Of a stretch of 64,000 bases of DNA, positions 53,172 to 64,000 are shown piece by piece. A model generated the notes under the pieces. It made no database searches, had not been told where the DNA came from, and worked only from the letters and a program-made list of their open reading frames with translations. The stretch is from positions 72,974,001 through 73,038,000 of the forward strand of contig NC_043008.1 of the NCBI RefSeq assembly GCF_006345805.1, given 5' to 3'. This stretch comes from Octopus sinensis (taxonomy: Eukaryota). Numbering within the stretch: position 1 is the first letter of the stretch; every line of letters starts with the position of its first letter. Made by a program: the position numbers and the translations under genes.

Positions 53172-54860
53172 ATCATCATCATCATCATCATCGTTTAGCG
53201 TCCGTTTTCCATGCTAGCATGGGTTGGACGGGTCAACTGGGGTCTGTGAAGCTGGAAGGCTTCGTCAGGCCCAGTCAGATCTGGCAGCGTTTCTACGGCT
53301 GGATGCCCTTCCTAACGCCAACCACTCCGCGAGTGTAGTGGGTGTTTTTTACGTGCCACCTGCACAGGTGCCAGACAGAGCTGTCGAACGGCCACGAACG
53401 GATGGTGCTTTTACGTGTCACCGGCACGGGGCCAGGCGATGCTGGCAACGGACACGAACGGATGGTGCTTTTACGTGCCACCGACACGGGGCCAGACAGA
53501 GCTGGCAACCAGCCACGAACGGACGGTGCTCTTACGTGTCACCGGCACGGGAGCCAGCCGAGGCTGGCAACGGACGCAAGCGGATGGTGCTTTTACGTGC
53601 CACCGACACGGTTGCCAGACAGAGCTGGCAAACGGCCACGAGCGGACGGTGCTTTTACGTATCACCGGCACGGGGGCCAGCCGAGGCTGGCAACGGACAC
53701 GGACGGATGGTGCTTTTACGTGCCACCGACACGGGGCCAGACAAAGCTGGCAAATGGCCATGAATGGATGGTGCTTTTACGTGCCACCGACACGGGGCCA
53801 GACAGAGCTGGCCAACGGCCTCGAACGGATGGTGCTTTTACGTGTCACCGGCACGGGGCCAGGCGATGCTGGCAACGGACACGAACGGATGGTGCTTTTA
53901 CGTGCCACCGACACGGGGCCAGACAGAGCTGGCCAACAGCCTCGAACGGATGGTGCTTTTACGTGTCACCGGCACGGGGCCAGGCGATGCTGGCAACGGA
54001 CACGAACGGATGGTGCTTTTACGTGCCACCGACACGGGGCCAGACAGAGCTGGCAACCGGCCACGAACGGACGGTGCTTTTACGTGTCACCGGCACGGGG
54101 GCCAGCCGAGGCTGGCAACGGACGCGGACGGATGGTGCTTTTACGTGCCACCGACACGGGGCCAGACAGAGCTGGCAAACGGCCACGAACGGATGGTGCT
54201 TTTACGTGTCACCGGCACGGGGGCCAGCCGAGGCTGGCAACGGACGCGAACAGATGGTGCTTTTACGTGCCACTGACACGGTTGCCAGACAGAGCTGGCA
54301 AACGGCCATGAGCGGACGGTGCTTTTACGTGTCACCGGCACGGGGGCCAGCCGAGGCTGGCAACGGACACGGACGGATGGTGCTTTTACGTGCCACCGAC
54401 ACGGGGCCAGACAGAGCTGGCCAACGGCCACGAACGGACGGTGCTTTTACGTGTCACCGGCACGGGGCCAGGTGAAGCTGGCAACGAACACGAACGGATG
54501 GTGCTTTTACGTGCCACCGACACGGGGCCAGGCAGAGCTGGCAAACGGCCATGAGCGAATGGTGCTTTTACGTATCACCGGCACGGGTGCCAGACGAGGC
54601 TGACAGCGGACACGAACAGATGGGTCACTTAACCCCTGCTTTCTGATATATGATTTGATTTTTATTGTTCTCACTGGTCTTGCCGGGTCTTCTCACGCAC
54701 AGCATACTTCCATAGGTCTCGGTCTCTGGTCATTTCCTTGGTGAGACCTAGAGTTCGAAGGTCGTGCTTCACCACCTCGACCCAGGTTTTCCTGGGTCTA
54801 CCTCTTCCACAGGTCCCCTCAACTGCCAGGGTGTGGCACTTTTTCACACACCTATCTTCA

Positions 54861-54862
<2 letters not shown>
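53172..54862 (-). mobile_element. RTE LINE copy 2, heavily 5'-truncated (last ~65 codons plus 3' UTR)
   Basis: 54601-54862 matches 26699-26959 with no difference seen; tail region 53172-53340 differs from copy 1 at one position seen. Abuts (TA)n at the truncation point. Confidence 0.95.
53341..54620. repeat. ~60-62 bp tandem array (21 units) in the 3' UTR of RTE copy 2
   Basis: Same unit as 25925-26718; 21 units counted. Confidence 0.95.
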
Positions 54863-54899
<37 letters not shown>

Positions 54900-55004
54900 C
54901 ATTGTTGTAACTATGACAAATTCTCAGCCAGGTAATGTTACTGAGAGGTATTAAACCATTAACATTTATTCCAGTCATATCAGGCCAAAATATTCTACGG
55001 TCTT

Positions 55005-55410
55005 CAAACGTTGGGCTTCATGGAGGAAATGACAAGAGACCGAGACCTTTGACAACAGGCCATGCTTGAGATGACCTGTCAAGTCAAGCAAAATCATAGT
55101 TGTGGCCAATGCTGGTGTCACATAACTGGCCCAAAAAGAGCACCTTACAAGCATTGGGCCCCAGGGGCACAATGTGGCTGATGCTAGTGTAACATAACTA
55201 GAACCTGTTCTGGTGGCACATAAAAGCACCCATCACACACTTGGAGTGGTTGGTGTTAAGGAAGGGCATCTAGCCATAGAAACCATACCAAATCAGAATG
55301 GACCCTGATGCAGCCCCTCAGCTTACCAGACCAAGTCAAACTGTTCAACCCATGCCAACATGGACAATGGACGTTTGATGATGATCATGATGATGATAAT
55401 AATGATGATA
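55005..55410 (+). mobile_element. Old RTE 3' fragment (ORF end plus 3' UTR with 1-2 degenerate array units)
   Basis: GAGGAAATGACAAGAGACCGAGACCTT (EEMTRDRDL), TGGTGGCACATAAAAGCACC unit, then tail AACCCATGCCAACATGGACAATGGACGTTTGATGATGAT. Confidence 0.8.
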
Positions 55411-55828
55411 ATGTTTCATGTTCAAACCAGCCAGATCTGGCCTCCCACATCTACCGTACAGTGTCAATCTAAAAGTGAAAACTCATATCATCACAATCTC
55501 ACAGCCATGAGATGATGCATGATTAATACAAAACAACTGAATAAATAAGCATTACATTTGACAATAATCTGAAGGCTAAAGGGTTAATCTTTAGGTTTCA
55601 AATTTTAGCACAAGGCCAACAAGTTTGGTGTAGGGGATAAGTCAATTACATTGACCCCGGTGCTCAATGATTACTTATTTCATCAACCCTGAAAGGAAAA
55701 AAGCAAAGTTAACCTGAACAGAATTTGAACTTAGAACATAAAGATGAAATGCCACTAAGCATTTTAACTAGCGTGCTCACAATTCTACTAGCTAGCCAAC
55801 TTCTAAGGAATATTAATTGTTACTTTAA

Positions 55829-56047
55829 CCCTTTCATTACCAATCTGGCTGAAACCTGCTCTGGCTCTGAGTACAAATATCTTGTTTTCATAAGCTTTGA
55901 ATTAAAATCTTCTATCAAACCTTAGTCACAATTTATGTTCCTAACACTAGTTGAATGATAACTAAGTTATTTTACTAAATTCTTTGTTATATTAAAGTAA
56001 TTGAAAGAAACACAGAGCATCTCAAAATAAATACAGTAACAAAAGGG
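55829..56047. mobile_element. piggyBac-like MITE (related partial copy at ~1190-1393)
   Basis: TTAA|CCCTTT...AAAGGG|TTAA termini; the ~1190-1393 segment shares internal sequence and the GTAACAAAAAGGG-TTAA end. Confidence 0.75.
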
Positions 56048-56652
56048 TTAAGATACACTGTACATTTTCAGAAGTATTGTCATTCAGTCCTGTTTGAGAT
56101 ACTAAACTGCTCATTAAGCATCAGTTGTATTTTATCTTGCCACTAATAAATGCCACCAACAAGCACACTAGATGAAATTTAGCCAAGCCATTGAAACAAA
56201 AATATAGTTTTTGAATGATTAAAATTTTATTTCTATATTGTTTCTTATTATTTCCCATCTCAGTATATGCACTTTAGGTTGATGAATAAACTCTAAATTT
56301 ACATCCATTGTGTATAAGGCCTCCATTCCAGTGACTATGCATACTATAAATAATCAGCTAAAGGAGTAGAGAGAGCTTAGGTTTATGGGGTCCCCCTAGT
56401 TCTATCTCACCAAGGACTCTTCAACATCTCTAGTCTTAATGCCACAAGAAAATGCACCAAGTACACTTTTGTTGAAGTGGTTGGCATTAGGAAGGGTATC
56501 AAAGAAAACAAACCTGGCCAAATGACACATATGAGCACCTAGTCTTTGAATTTCCAAAGAGAGGTAACTTGGACACTGACAACCTAACACACACCAGTAT
56601 AGATAGTGGGCATAAACATGATGGTGATTATGTGTGTGTGTGGGGGATGTAT

Positions 56653-56689
<37 letters not shown>

Positions 56690-56724
56690 GCACACCTACA
56701 TATATATATATATATGTTTTCGTA

Positions 56725-57815
56725 TGTACACAATGGTTGGACAAAATAAAGGCACTTTCTATTGGCACTTTTAATTTAACCAATTTTTCTTCTATTGGCA
56801 ATGACAAAATTATATCTCTTTCAGTCTGTTCATATGCATTATGTATACCTTTTACTTCATGATACAGCCCTCAGTTTTTCTTTTCTTTTTTTTTATTTTC
56901 AAATATTTATATTTAAATAAGTTAAAACGTGTGATCTGTCTGATTCCCAAATGGCTAGAGCTTCAGTTGCTAAAACTGTTGAACAGCTTAATGTTTTGAG
57001 AAATACTGTCTCTAAATAATCACAGCAGAGTTGACCCATCATCTTGCCAACCCGATATCAACCAAAACTGTCTATTATGAGCTTCTAAAGCTGGATTCTG
57101 TAGGAAGGGTGTAATTACTAAATCTCTCCTCACCGTTGTCAAGATTGAGAAGTAGAAAAATATAGTGCCTTTACTATTTGAAGTGGTCAATGGCTCTGGA
57201 ATAAAATCATCTTCTCTGATGAATTATCATTCATTTCAGTGGGAGTATATGTTTGGAGACAAAATTCAGCCATGACTGTCTGGTCCCTATTATGAAACAT
57301 ATTGGTGGTTTTGCGGTGATTTGATTGTTATATCATGATACTCCCTTAGCCCTTTAGTTATATGCAAAGTAAAGTTAGCACCTAGGTTTGCCTGTGTATA
57401 TTGTCTGATCATGTCTCTTCTATGGTACAAACATTGTACCCTAAGTGAATCAGACAGTTTGGATAGCTCACCATCACCACCACCACCACCACCACCACCA
57501 CCACCACCACCGACGTCACCGCCACTGCCATTACTGCCACCAGCACCACTACATTCAATGGATCTTACCCTAACCAAATCCTTATGGTGTAATTTGAAAC
57601 AGCAACTGAGGAGTTGCTTCCCTTCCCGCTAAAAGAGTTAGAGCAGGTCTTACTCTAAGAATAACTCAAAATTCTCTAAACGACTGTTCAGAGACTGTAC
57701 TAGTGAATTCTTCAATGTATCAAAGATGTTATTAATGTCAAAGGGGACCAACTCCATACCAAACAATAAAACTTCTGTTTACCAAGATGATTACATTATT
57801 TTGACTAATTTCTAT
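56725..57815 (+). pseudogene. Tc1-like transposon remnant with disrupted transposase, split by a (CCA)n microsatellite
   Basis: Translations FSDELSF..GVYVWR, DCLVPIMKHIGG, DLTLTKSLW..LKQQLRS.FP, LKELEQVLL follow the Tc1 transposase motif order. Confidence 0.8.
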
Positions 57816-58089
57816 CTTTGCATTTGTGTATGTGTATGTCTTTGTATTTATATTAGATAAAGATGAAAGTTTCAGTCACTATTCTTGATGAGTATAAAAG
57901 TCTTATAGAACATCATGTTTGAGACAATATATGATATCGGGCATCATCATCAGTTAACGTCTGCTTTCCATGGTGACATGGGTTGGACAGTTTGACTGAG
58001 GGCTAGCGAGCCAGAAGGCTGCACCAGGTTCCAATCTGATTTGGCAAGGTTTCTACAACTGGATGCCCTTCCTAATGCCAACCACTCCA

Positions 58090-58860
58090 TGGCTGTATGG
58101 TAAGAATTTTGTTTCCTAACTACATGGTTCCAGGTTCAGCCCCACTGTGTGACACCTTGGCCAAGTGTCTTCTACTATAGCCTCAGGTTAATGAAAGCCT
58201 TGTGAGTGGATTTCCTAGATGGGAACTAAAAGAAGCCTGTCATATATATATATAAACACACATACACACATATATATATCATCAACATCATCATCATCGT
58301 TTGTGTGTGTGTGTGTGTGTTTGTGTTTGTTCCCCACTGTCGCTTGACAACTGGTGTTGGTGTGCTTACATCCCTGAAAATTAGCAGTTCAGCAAAGAGA
58401 TTGATAGAATAAGTACAAGGCTAAAAAAGATATGTACTGGAGTCAATTCATTCGACTAAAACCTCAAGGTGGCCCAGCATGGCTATAGTCTAATGACTGA
58501 AACAAGTAAAAGAGAGGAAAGAAAGATCCACCTACCAATATACATATAATCTTTTACCCATTTACTTGTTACAGTTATTGAAATGTTGCCATGCTGGAGC
58601 ACCACCTTGTAGGTCTACTTGAGCAAATTGCCCCTTGTGTTTATTTGAATTTGGGTATTTATCCTTTTAGACATATTTGTGGGGGGATAAAAAATCTAAC
58701 ACTGGTTGTCAAGCAGTGGAAGGGTGACAAATACAACTACAAGGACACAACAGACAGCTACAGAGTTTCTATCAACCAAATTCACTTCCAGGCCGTTGGT
58801 TGGCCTGAGGCTGAACCCAACACTACATGGTTATGAAATGAAATTCTTAACCACACAGCG
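58090..58860. mobile_element. Two SINE family A copies in opposite orientation (58090-58515 +, 58555-58860 -)
   Basis: Tail GACTGAAACAAGTAAAAGAG followed ~40 bp later by its reverse complement TTTACTTGTTACAGTTATTG. Confidence 0.75.
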
Positions 58861-59240
58861 TCACACAAATACATATACACATACACATGCATGTACATTA
58901 CACACACACACTCAATTGTATACACTCATATATTCACACACATGCACACAATAAAAGCTGTTGGTTTATTTGGTTGTCATTATCAACATTCCTTAAGATA
59001 CACATTAGTTGGCAACGAGATAACCATTTGGCTTGAGGGGGAAAACACTCTTACCCCTCCTCATTTATTATGTATCTCCCCCCACATCACAAACGATATT
59101 CAAAATGTTACAACATCTGCAGTGAACTGCCCAACAATTCACACATTAGCAATCTGTCACTGTGCCAAATATGCTCTGTAAGTTTACAGTCTAAGTGATG
59201 CCAGCATCAAAGAACACATGGTGAAAATGGTGATGATGAC

Positions 59241-59291
<51 letters not shown>

Positions 59292-59316
59292 CATTATTAT
59301 TATTAATATTATTATT

Positions 59317-59355
<39 letters not shown>

Positions 59356-61225
59356 ATTATTATTATCATTATTATTATCATTATTAAGGAAATTATTATT
59401 TTGTTATCATTAGAAAATAAATAATTATTATTATTATTATATTTTGACAATGTCATGTGATATTCTACTGCATTATCAGAAGCACCTGCATGTTCCGGAG
59501 GCATGTGCAACATTACGTTTTGCTTATGTTGAGCCATGTCATTTAGCTGTGGGGATGGTTTGGCTAATTGTTTCTTATGTTATTTTAGTGTTTCCTCTAT
59601 TGTGTAAGAGAATATTACACTGTATCTGTGTTACATTGTTAAATGTTACATATAATTGCTGTGTGATAGGTGTTATGTGTTTCAGCATTAAATGCCTATT
59701 GTGTATGATGTATGATATATGGTTTGTGTAAAATTAATATGTTACAGGAGTGTAGAATCTTGGTTGTTACTGTAATAGCATTGGGTATCAGATATATAAG
59801 AGTATGAGCTGTGTTATTAGTGATGATTTAGAGAATATTTTATGTGACATTATTGGTTTCAAATTTTGGCAAACAACCAGCATTTTTGTAAGAGAGGGTA
59901 AGTCATAAACATTGACCCTCCAGCTCTATTCATCATCATCAACATCATCATTTAATGTCCGCTTTCCATGCTGGTATGGGTTGAACGGTTTGACATGGAG
60001 TTGGCTATTCGGGAGCATTCAAATTCCAACTGTCTGTTGTGGAATGGTTTCTACAGCAGGATGCCTTTCCTAATGCCAAACACTTAGCAGAGTGTGTTGT
60101 GTGGTTTCTGCATGCCAACAGCATGAGTGCATTTACGCAACACTGGTGCAGGTGCATTCAAGCAATGCTTACACAAGTTCTTTTTATGTGACACTGGCAT
60201 CTGAAAGGACAAGACTGTATATGTCGAGGACTTATCTTGATATATCTTATCAAGTATAGCAATTTGCCACACCTCCCAGTCACTTGTTATTCCTCAGTGA
60301 GGCCCAGCATCAACTCTGAAAGGATGGAAAACAAAGTTGGACCCAGTGGCTTTGAACTTGGAACATAAAGTCAGAAGAAATGCCACTAAGCATTTTGTCC
60401 AATGTGGTAACAATTATGTTGGTTATAACATAGCTGAGTGGTCAGAGTGTTAGGCTGATGATCATAAGGTTGTGGGTTTGATCTCAGTATTGGGTGGTGT
60501 TCTGTACTTGTGCAATGCACATCATTTTCTGTTTCCCCAGTCTACTTGACTGCAAATGGGTATCTAACTGGTGCTAGTGCAACCTCCTACTTTCATGCAT
60601 TACACCTTTGTTAATCCCCTTGGAGGGCTGAGAGTGTGTTTACGTCCACTTAAGACAACAGGGCCACCCAAAACAGTTAGTGAATGTATGATATAAGCTA
60701 TCAGGTCATACTCCTTAGTGGGTGATGGCTAAACTTTTCTATGCAGGAAACGTTATGTGATGTGTGCAAAAATTATGTTGTATGGGTTGCTAATGTACCA
60801 AAAATATCTTGTATAAGATGTGGGCTGCTTTAAAACAGAATTAGGTTCTACTATGAATTGTATGTTTTTGTTCAAATTAATTTCCAGTTGAAGTGAGTTT
60901 TGTAATTAAGACAGAAATACTGTGGAAAAAAACAAATCATGCTGATTGGCAGCTGCTTAAGAAATGCTTTGACATCTCTGACAATCAATGAACTTGAATT
61001 TATCAAACTGCTGCCTTCTCCAAACAACTGACACCTATACCATCACTTTGAGCCTTATTTCATTTCTATTTTTGTTTTATCATATCTAACAGCTATGAGC
61101 CTGAAATATCAATTTTCTGAAATGAATAATACTTATTAAAAACCAAATTTCAACATTGTTAGTGGTTTCTTAATAACATACACACTCAACATAGACATAT
61201 ATACTGTGTACTTGTGCACATGCAT

Positions 61226-61328
<103 letters not shown>

Positions 61329-62286
61329 ATTATAATTTCAACTTAAAACATTCTGTTATTCAAAATATTTAATATCCTTGTCCATAAATAATCTTTTGGG
61401 CTGATTGATGGTGTGGAAAAGATAATTCTTGTAGATGACTTTGCATTGGTATATTCAGTTGCTTGTAACTCTGGTTTCCTCATATCTATAGTTTGATGAA
61501 ATTAATGAATTTCTCATTATTGCAGAGACCACAGTAATCCGAATAATGGGTGCACCTGTTACCAAACTGGTGTACAGAATTTCTAAAACTAGCTTCGAAT
61601 CTTTCCCTATTCTGAGGGGATATGGTTCCAAATATTTTTCCACCACTGATAGCATCATGTCTGGAGCAAGTTGATATTTATTTTAGTATGAATATTCATC
61701 CTTAATGATGTGTTTTGCAGCAGCAGCAGCAGCAGCATTGTCGTCATCGTCACCACCACTATCACCACCACCACCATCTTTTCCATCATTGTTTTAATGT
61801 CCTCCTTCTGTCTTCCTTCCTATGTTTCCATGGGGCAGCCATAATTTGTTGAGGCAAATTTTCTACAGCTGGATGCCTTTTTGGCCAATGAAGCCTCCTC
61901 TGTATCCATGTGAGGCAATAATTCCCTCACCCCACAATTTAGTTGAACAACAAAACAGCCAGGGTATAGTTACAAGCAACTTTTCTTTTAAAAAATCTGG
62001 ATGTGCTTTCATGGTTTACTTTTGTACTTGATAACAAGCCCATTGCTTTTTTTCCAAAAATGAAACGCATAAAAACAAGAAGTCAAACACACACACACAC
62101 AACAGGCTTCTTCAGTTTCTCTCTATCTATTTCATACAAAGAGTCAGGACAAATATTGTTAAGCATTTTATTTAAGATTTTAATGTTTCTACCATTTCAT
62201 TGCCTTAAAGTAGTATAAGTTACATAAGGTGAAAAGCCTCTAGATCATTTGACATGCTAGCCAAATATCCTTCATAATACACCTAA

Positions 62287-62530
62287 TCTATATAAATAAA
62301 ACTGAGAAAGTGTGTCTATCTGTCTGTATGTGTGCATCACTAATCAATAAAACACAAAAAACTACCCAACCGATTTCATTCTAATTTTACACATGCCTTG
62401 CTTAGGTTCCATGCAGTGTCATGAGCCAAAAATATTTTCAATTTCTTGTCTAATGCAGGCCCAAAAAGTGAAACAATAACATCTCTATTGTAATGTGAGA
62501 TATTACTTTCAGTTTTAATAGTGAAACTAT
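62287..62530 (+). mobile_element. Non-autonomous Helitron-like 5' fragment
   Basis: A|TCTATATAAATAAAA start followed by GTGTGTCTATCTGTCTGT and AAAACTAC..AACCGATTTC, typical of invertebrate Helitron-N 5' ends; no CTRR 3' end found. Confidence 0.55.
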
Positions 62531-62542
62531 TAATACTTTCAC

Positions 62543-62589
<47 letters not shown>

Positions 62590-62684
62590 GTATATATGTG
62601 TGTGCATATATATATATGTATATATATCTACATATATTTGTATATATATGTATATACATATGCAAATTTATGTATATGTATATA

Positions 62685-63549
62685 TCATCATCATCATCAT
62701 CATCATTTAACGTCCGCTTTCCATGCTAGCATGGGTTGGACGGTTCAACTGGGGTCTGGGGAGCCCGAAGGCCGCACCAGGCCAGTCAGATCTGGCAGTG
62801 TTTCTACAGCTGGATGCCCTTCCTAACGCCAACCACTCCGAGAGTGTAGTGGGTGATTTTATGTGCCACCGACACAGGTGCCAGACGAGGCTGGCGAACG
62901 GCCACGCTCGGATGGTGTTTTTATGTGCCACCGACACAGGTGCCAGACGAAGCTGGCAAACGGCCACGCTCGGATGGTGTTTTTATGTGCCACCGACACA
63001 GGTGCCAGACAAGGCTAGCAGACGACCACGCTCAGATGGTGTTTTTATGTGCCACCGACACAGGTGCCAGACGAGGCTGGCGAACGGCCACGCTCGGATG
63101 GTGTTTTTATGTGCCACCGACACAGGTGCCAGACAAGGCTAGCAGACGACCACGCTCGGATGGTGTTTTTTTTTTTGTGCCACCGACACAGGAGCCAGAT
63201 TAGGCTGGCGATCGGCCACGATTGGATGGTGATTGTTACGTGCCCACAGCATGGAGGCCAGTCGGTGCGGTACTGGCTACGGCCACGTTCGGATGGTTTT
63301 CTTGTGTGCCACCGGCACTGGTACCACAAAGATACAAATTCCATTGATGTTCATCTATTTTGATTTTGTTTGATTTTCACTTGCCTCAACAGGTCTTCAC
63401 AAGTGTCACAAGAAGGAAGGTATGCACAGGTGGACTGACTACGTCCCAGGTAGGGGTCATGGGTTATGGCCTGACTAGTCTTGCCAGGTCTTCTCACGCA
63501 CAGCATACTTCCATAGGTCTCGGTCTCTAGTCATTTCCTTGGTGAGACC
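62685..63549 (-). mobile_element. RTE LINE copy 3, related subfamily, 5'-truncated
   Basis: Encodes GLTKEMTRDRDLWKYAVREKTWQD* (minus strand), has a different inner 3' UTR, ~7 array units of ~61 bp (62851-63320) and the same (GAT)n tail; flanked by TA-rich microsatellite on both sides. Confidence 0.9.
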
Positions 63550-63551
63550 AA

Positions 63552-63586
<35 letters not shown>

Positions 63587-63608
63587 CATACATATGCATA
63601 TATATATA

Positions 63609-63742
63609 GGTGCAGACATGGCTGTGTGCTAAGAAGCTTGCTTTCCAACCACATGGTTCCGGGTTCAGTCCCACTGCATGGCACCTTTGGCCAACCAAAG
63701 CCATGTCAGTGGATTTGGTTGATGGAACTGAAAGAAGTCTGT

Positions 63743-63781
<39 letters not shown>

Positions 63782-64000
63782 CTGTATTTGTGTCTGTATT
63801 TGTTCTCCCCCAACATTGCTTAGAAACCGATGTAGATGTGTTTACGTCACCATAACTTAGCAGTTTGGCAGAAGATATCGGTAGAATAAGCACAAGGCTT
63901 ACAAAGAATAAGTTCAGGAGTCAATTTCTTCAATTAAAAGGCAGTGTTCCAGCATGGCCACACTCAAATGAATGAAACAAATAATAGAGTAAAAGAGTAT
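63609..64000 (+). mobile_element. SINE family A, full length
   Basis: GGTGCAGACATGGCTGTGTG head through ...GAAACAAATAATAGAGTAAAAGAG tail. Confidence 0.9.

Noticed and set aside
53342-54475. Long plus-strand ORFs (377, 298, 241, 179 aa etc.) over the tandem arrays at 25.8-26.7, 53.2-54.6 and 62.7-63.4 kb
   Set aside because: They are translations of a stop-poor GC-rich repeat, open in several frames, antisense to the LINE and without domain features.
57411-57632. Polyproline / polyglycine ORFs
   Set aside because: A (CCA)n microsatellite expanded inside a dead Tc1 transposase.

Overview
AT-rich, microsatellite-dense animal genomic DNA made almost entirely of transposon debris. The SINE families and repeat density resemble an octopus (coleoid cephalopod) genome; this is inferred, not confirmed. 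No confidently identifiable host protein-coding gene, rRNA, true tRNA or CRISPR array is present. Recognisable elements: a young RTE-clade LINE in three 5'-truncated minus-strand copies (25.75-27.97 kb, 53.17-54.86 kb, 62.69-63.55 kb) plus older fragments; an internally deleted Gypsy-like LTR element with both LTRs, PBS, PPT and TSD; decayed CR1/L2, Penelope, pogo, Tc1 and Helitron pieces; nested hAT elements; several MITEs; and dozens of tRNA-derived SINEs of three families. The most unusual system is the RTE LINE. Its reverse transcriptase carries a C4HC3 PHD-type zinc finger inside the RT domain. Its 3' UTR holds a GC/CpG-rich array of ~60-bp double-hairpin units with an ordered A/B/C pattern, and copy number differs between insertions (13, 21, ~7) although the flanks of copies 1 and 2 are nearly identical. 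The window also has several long inverted repeats (possible dsRNA/ADAR substrates), two locally templated duplications and a weak candidate chain of plus-strand micro-exons. All counts and identities are hand estimates.
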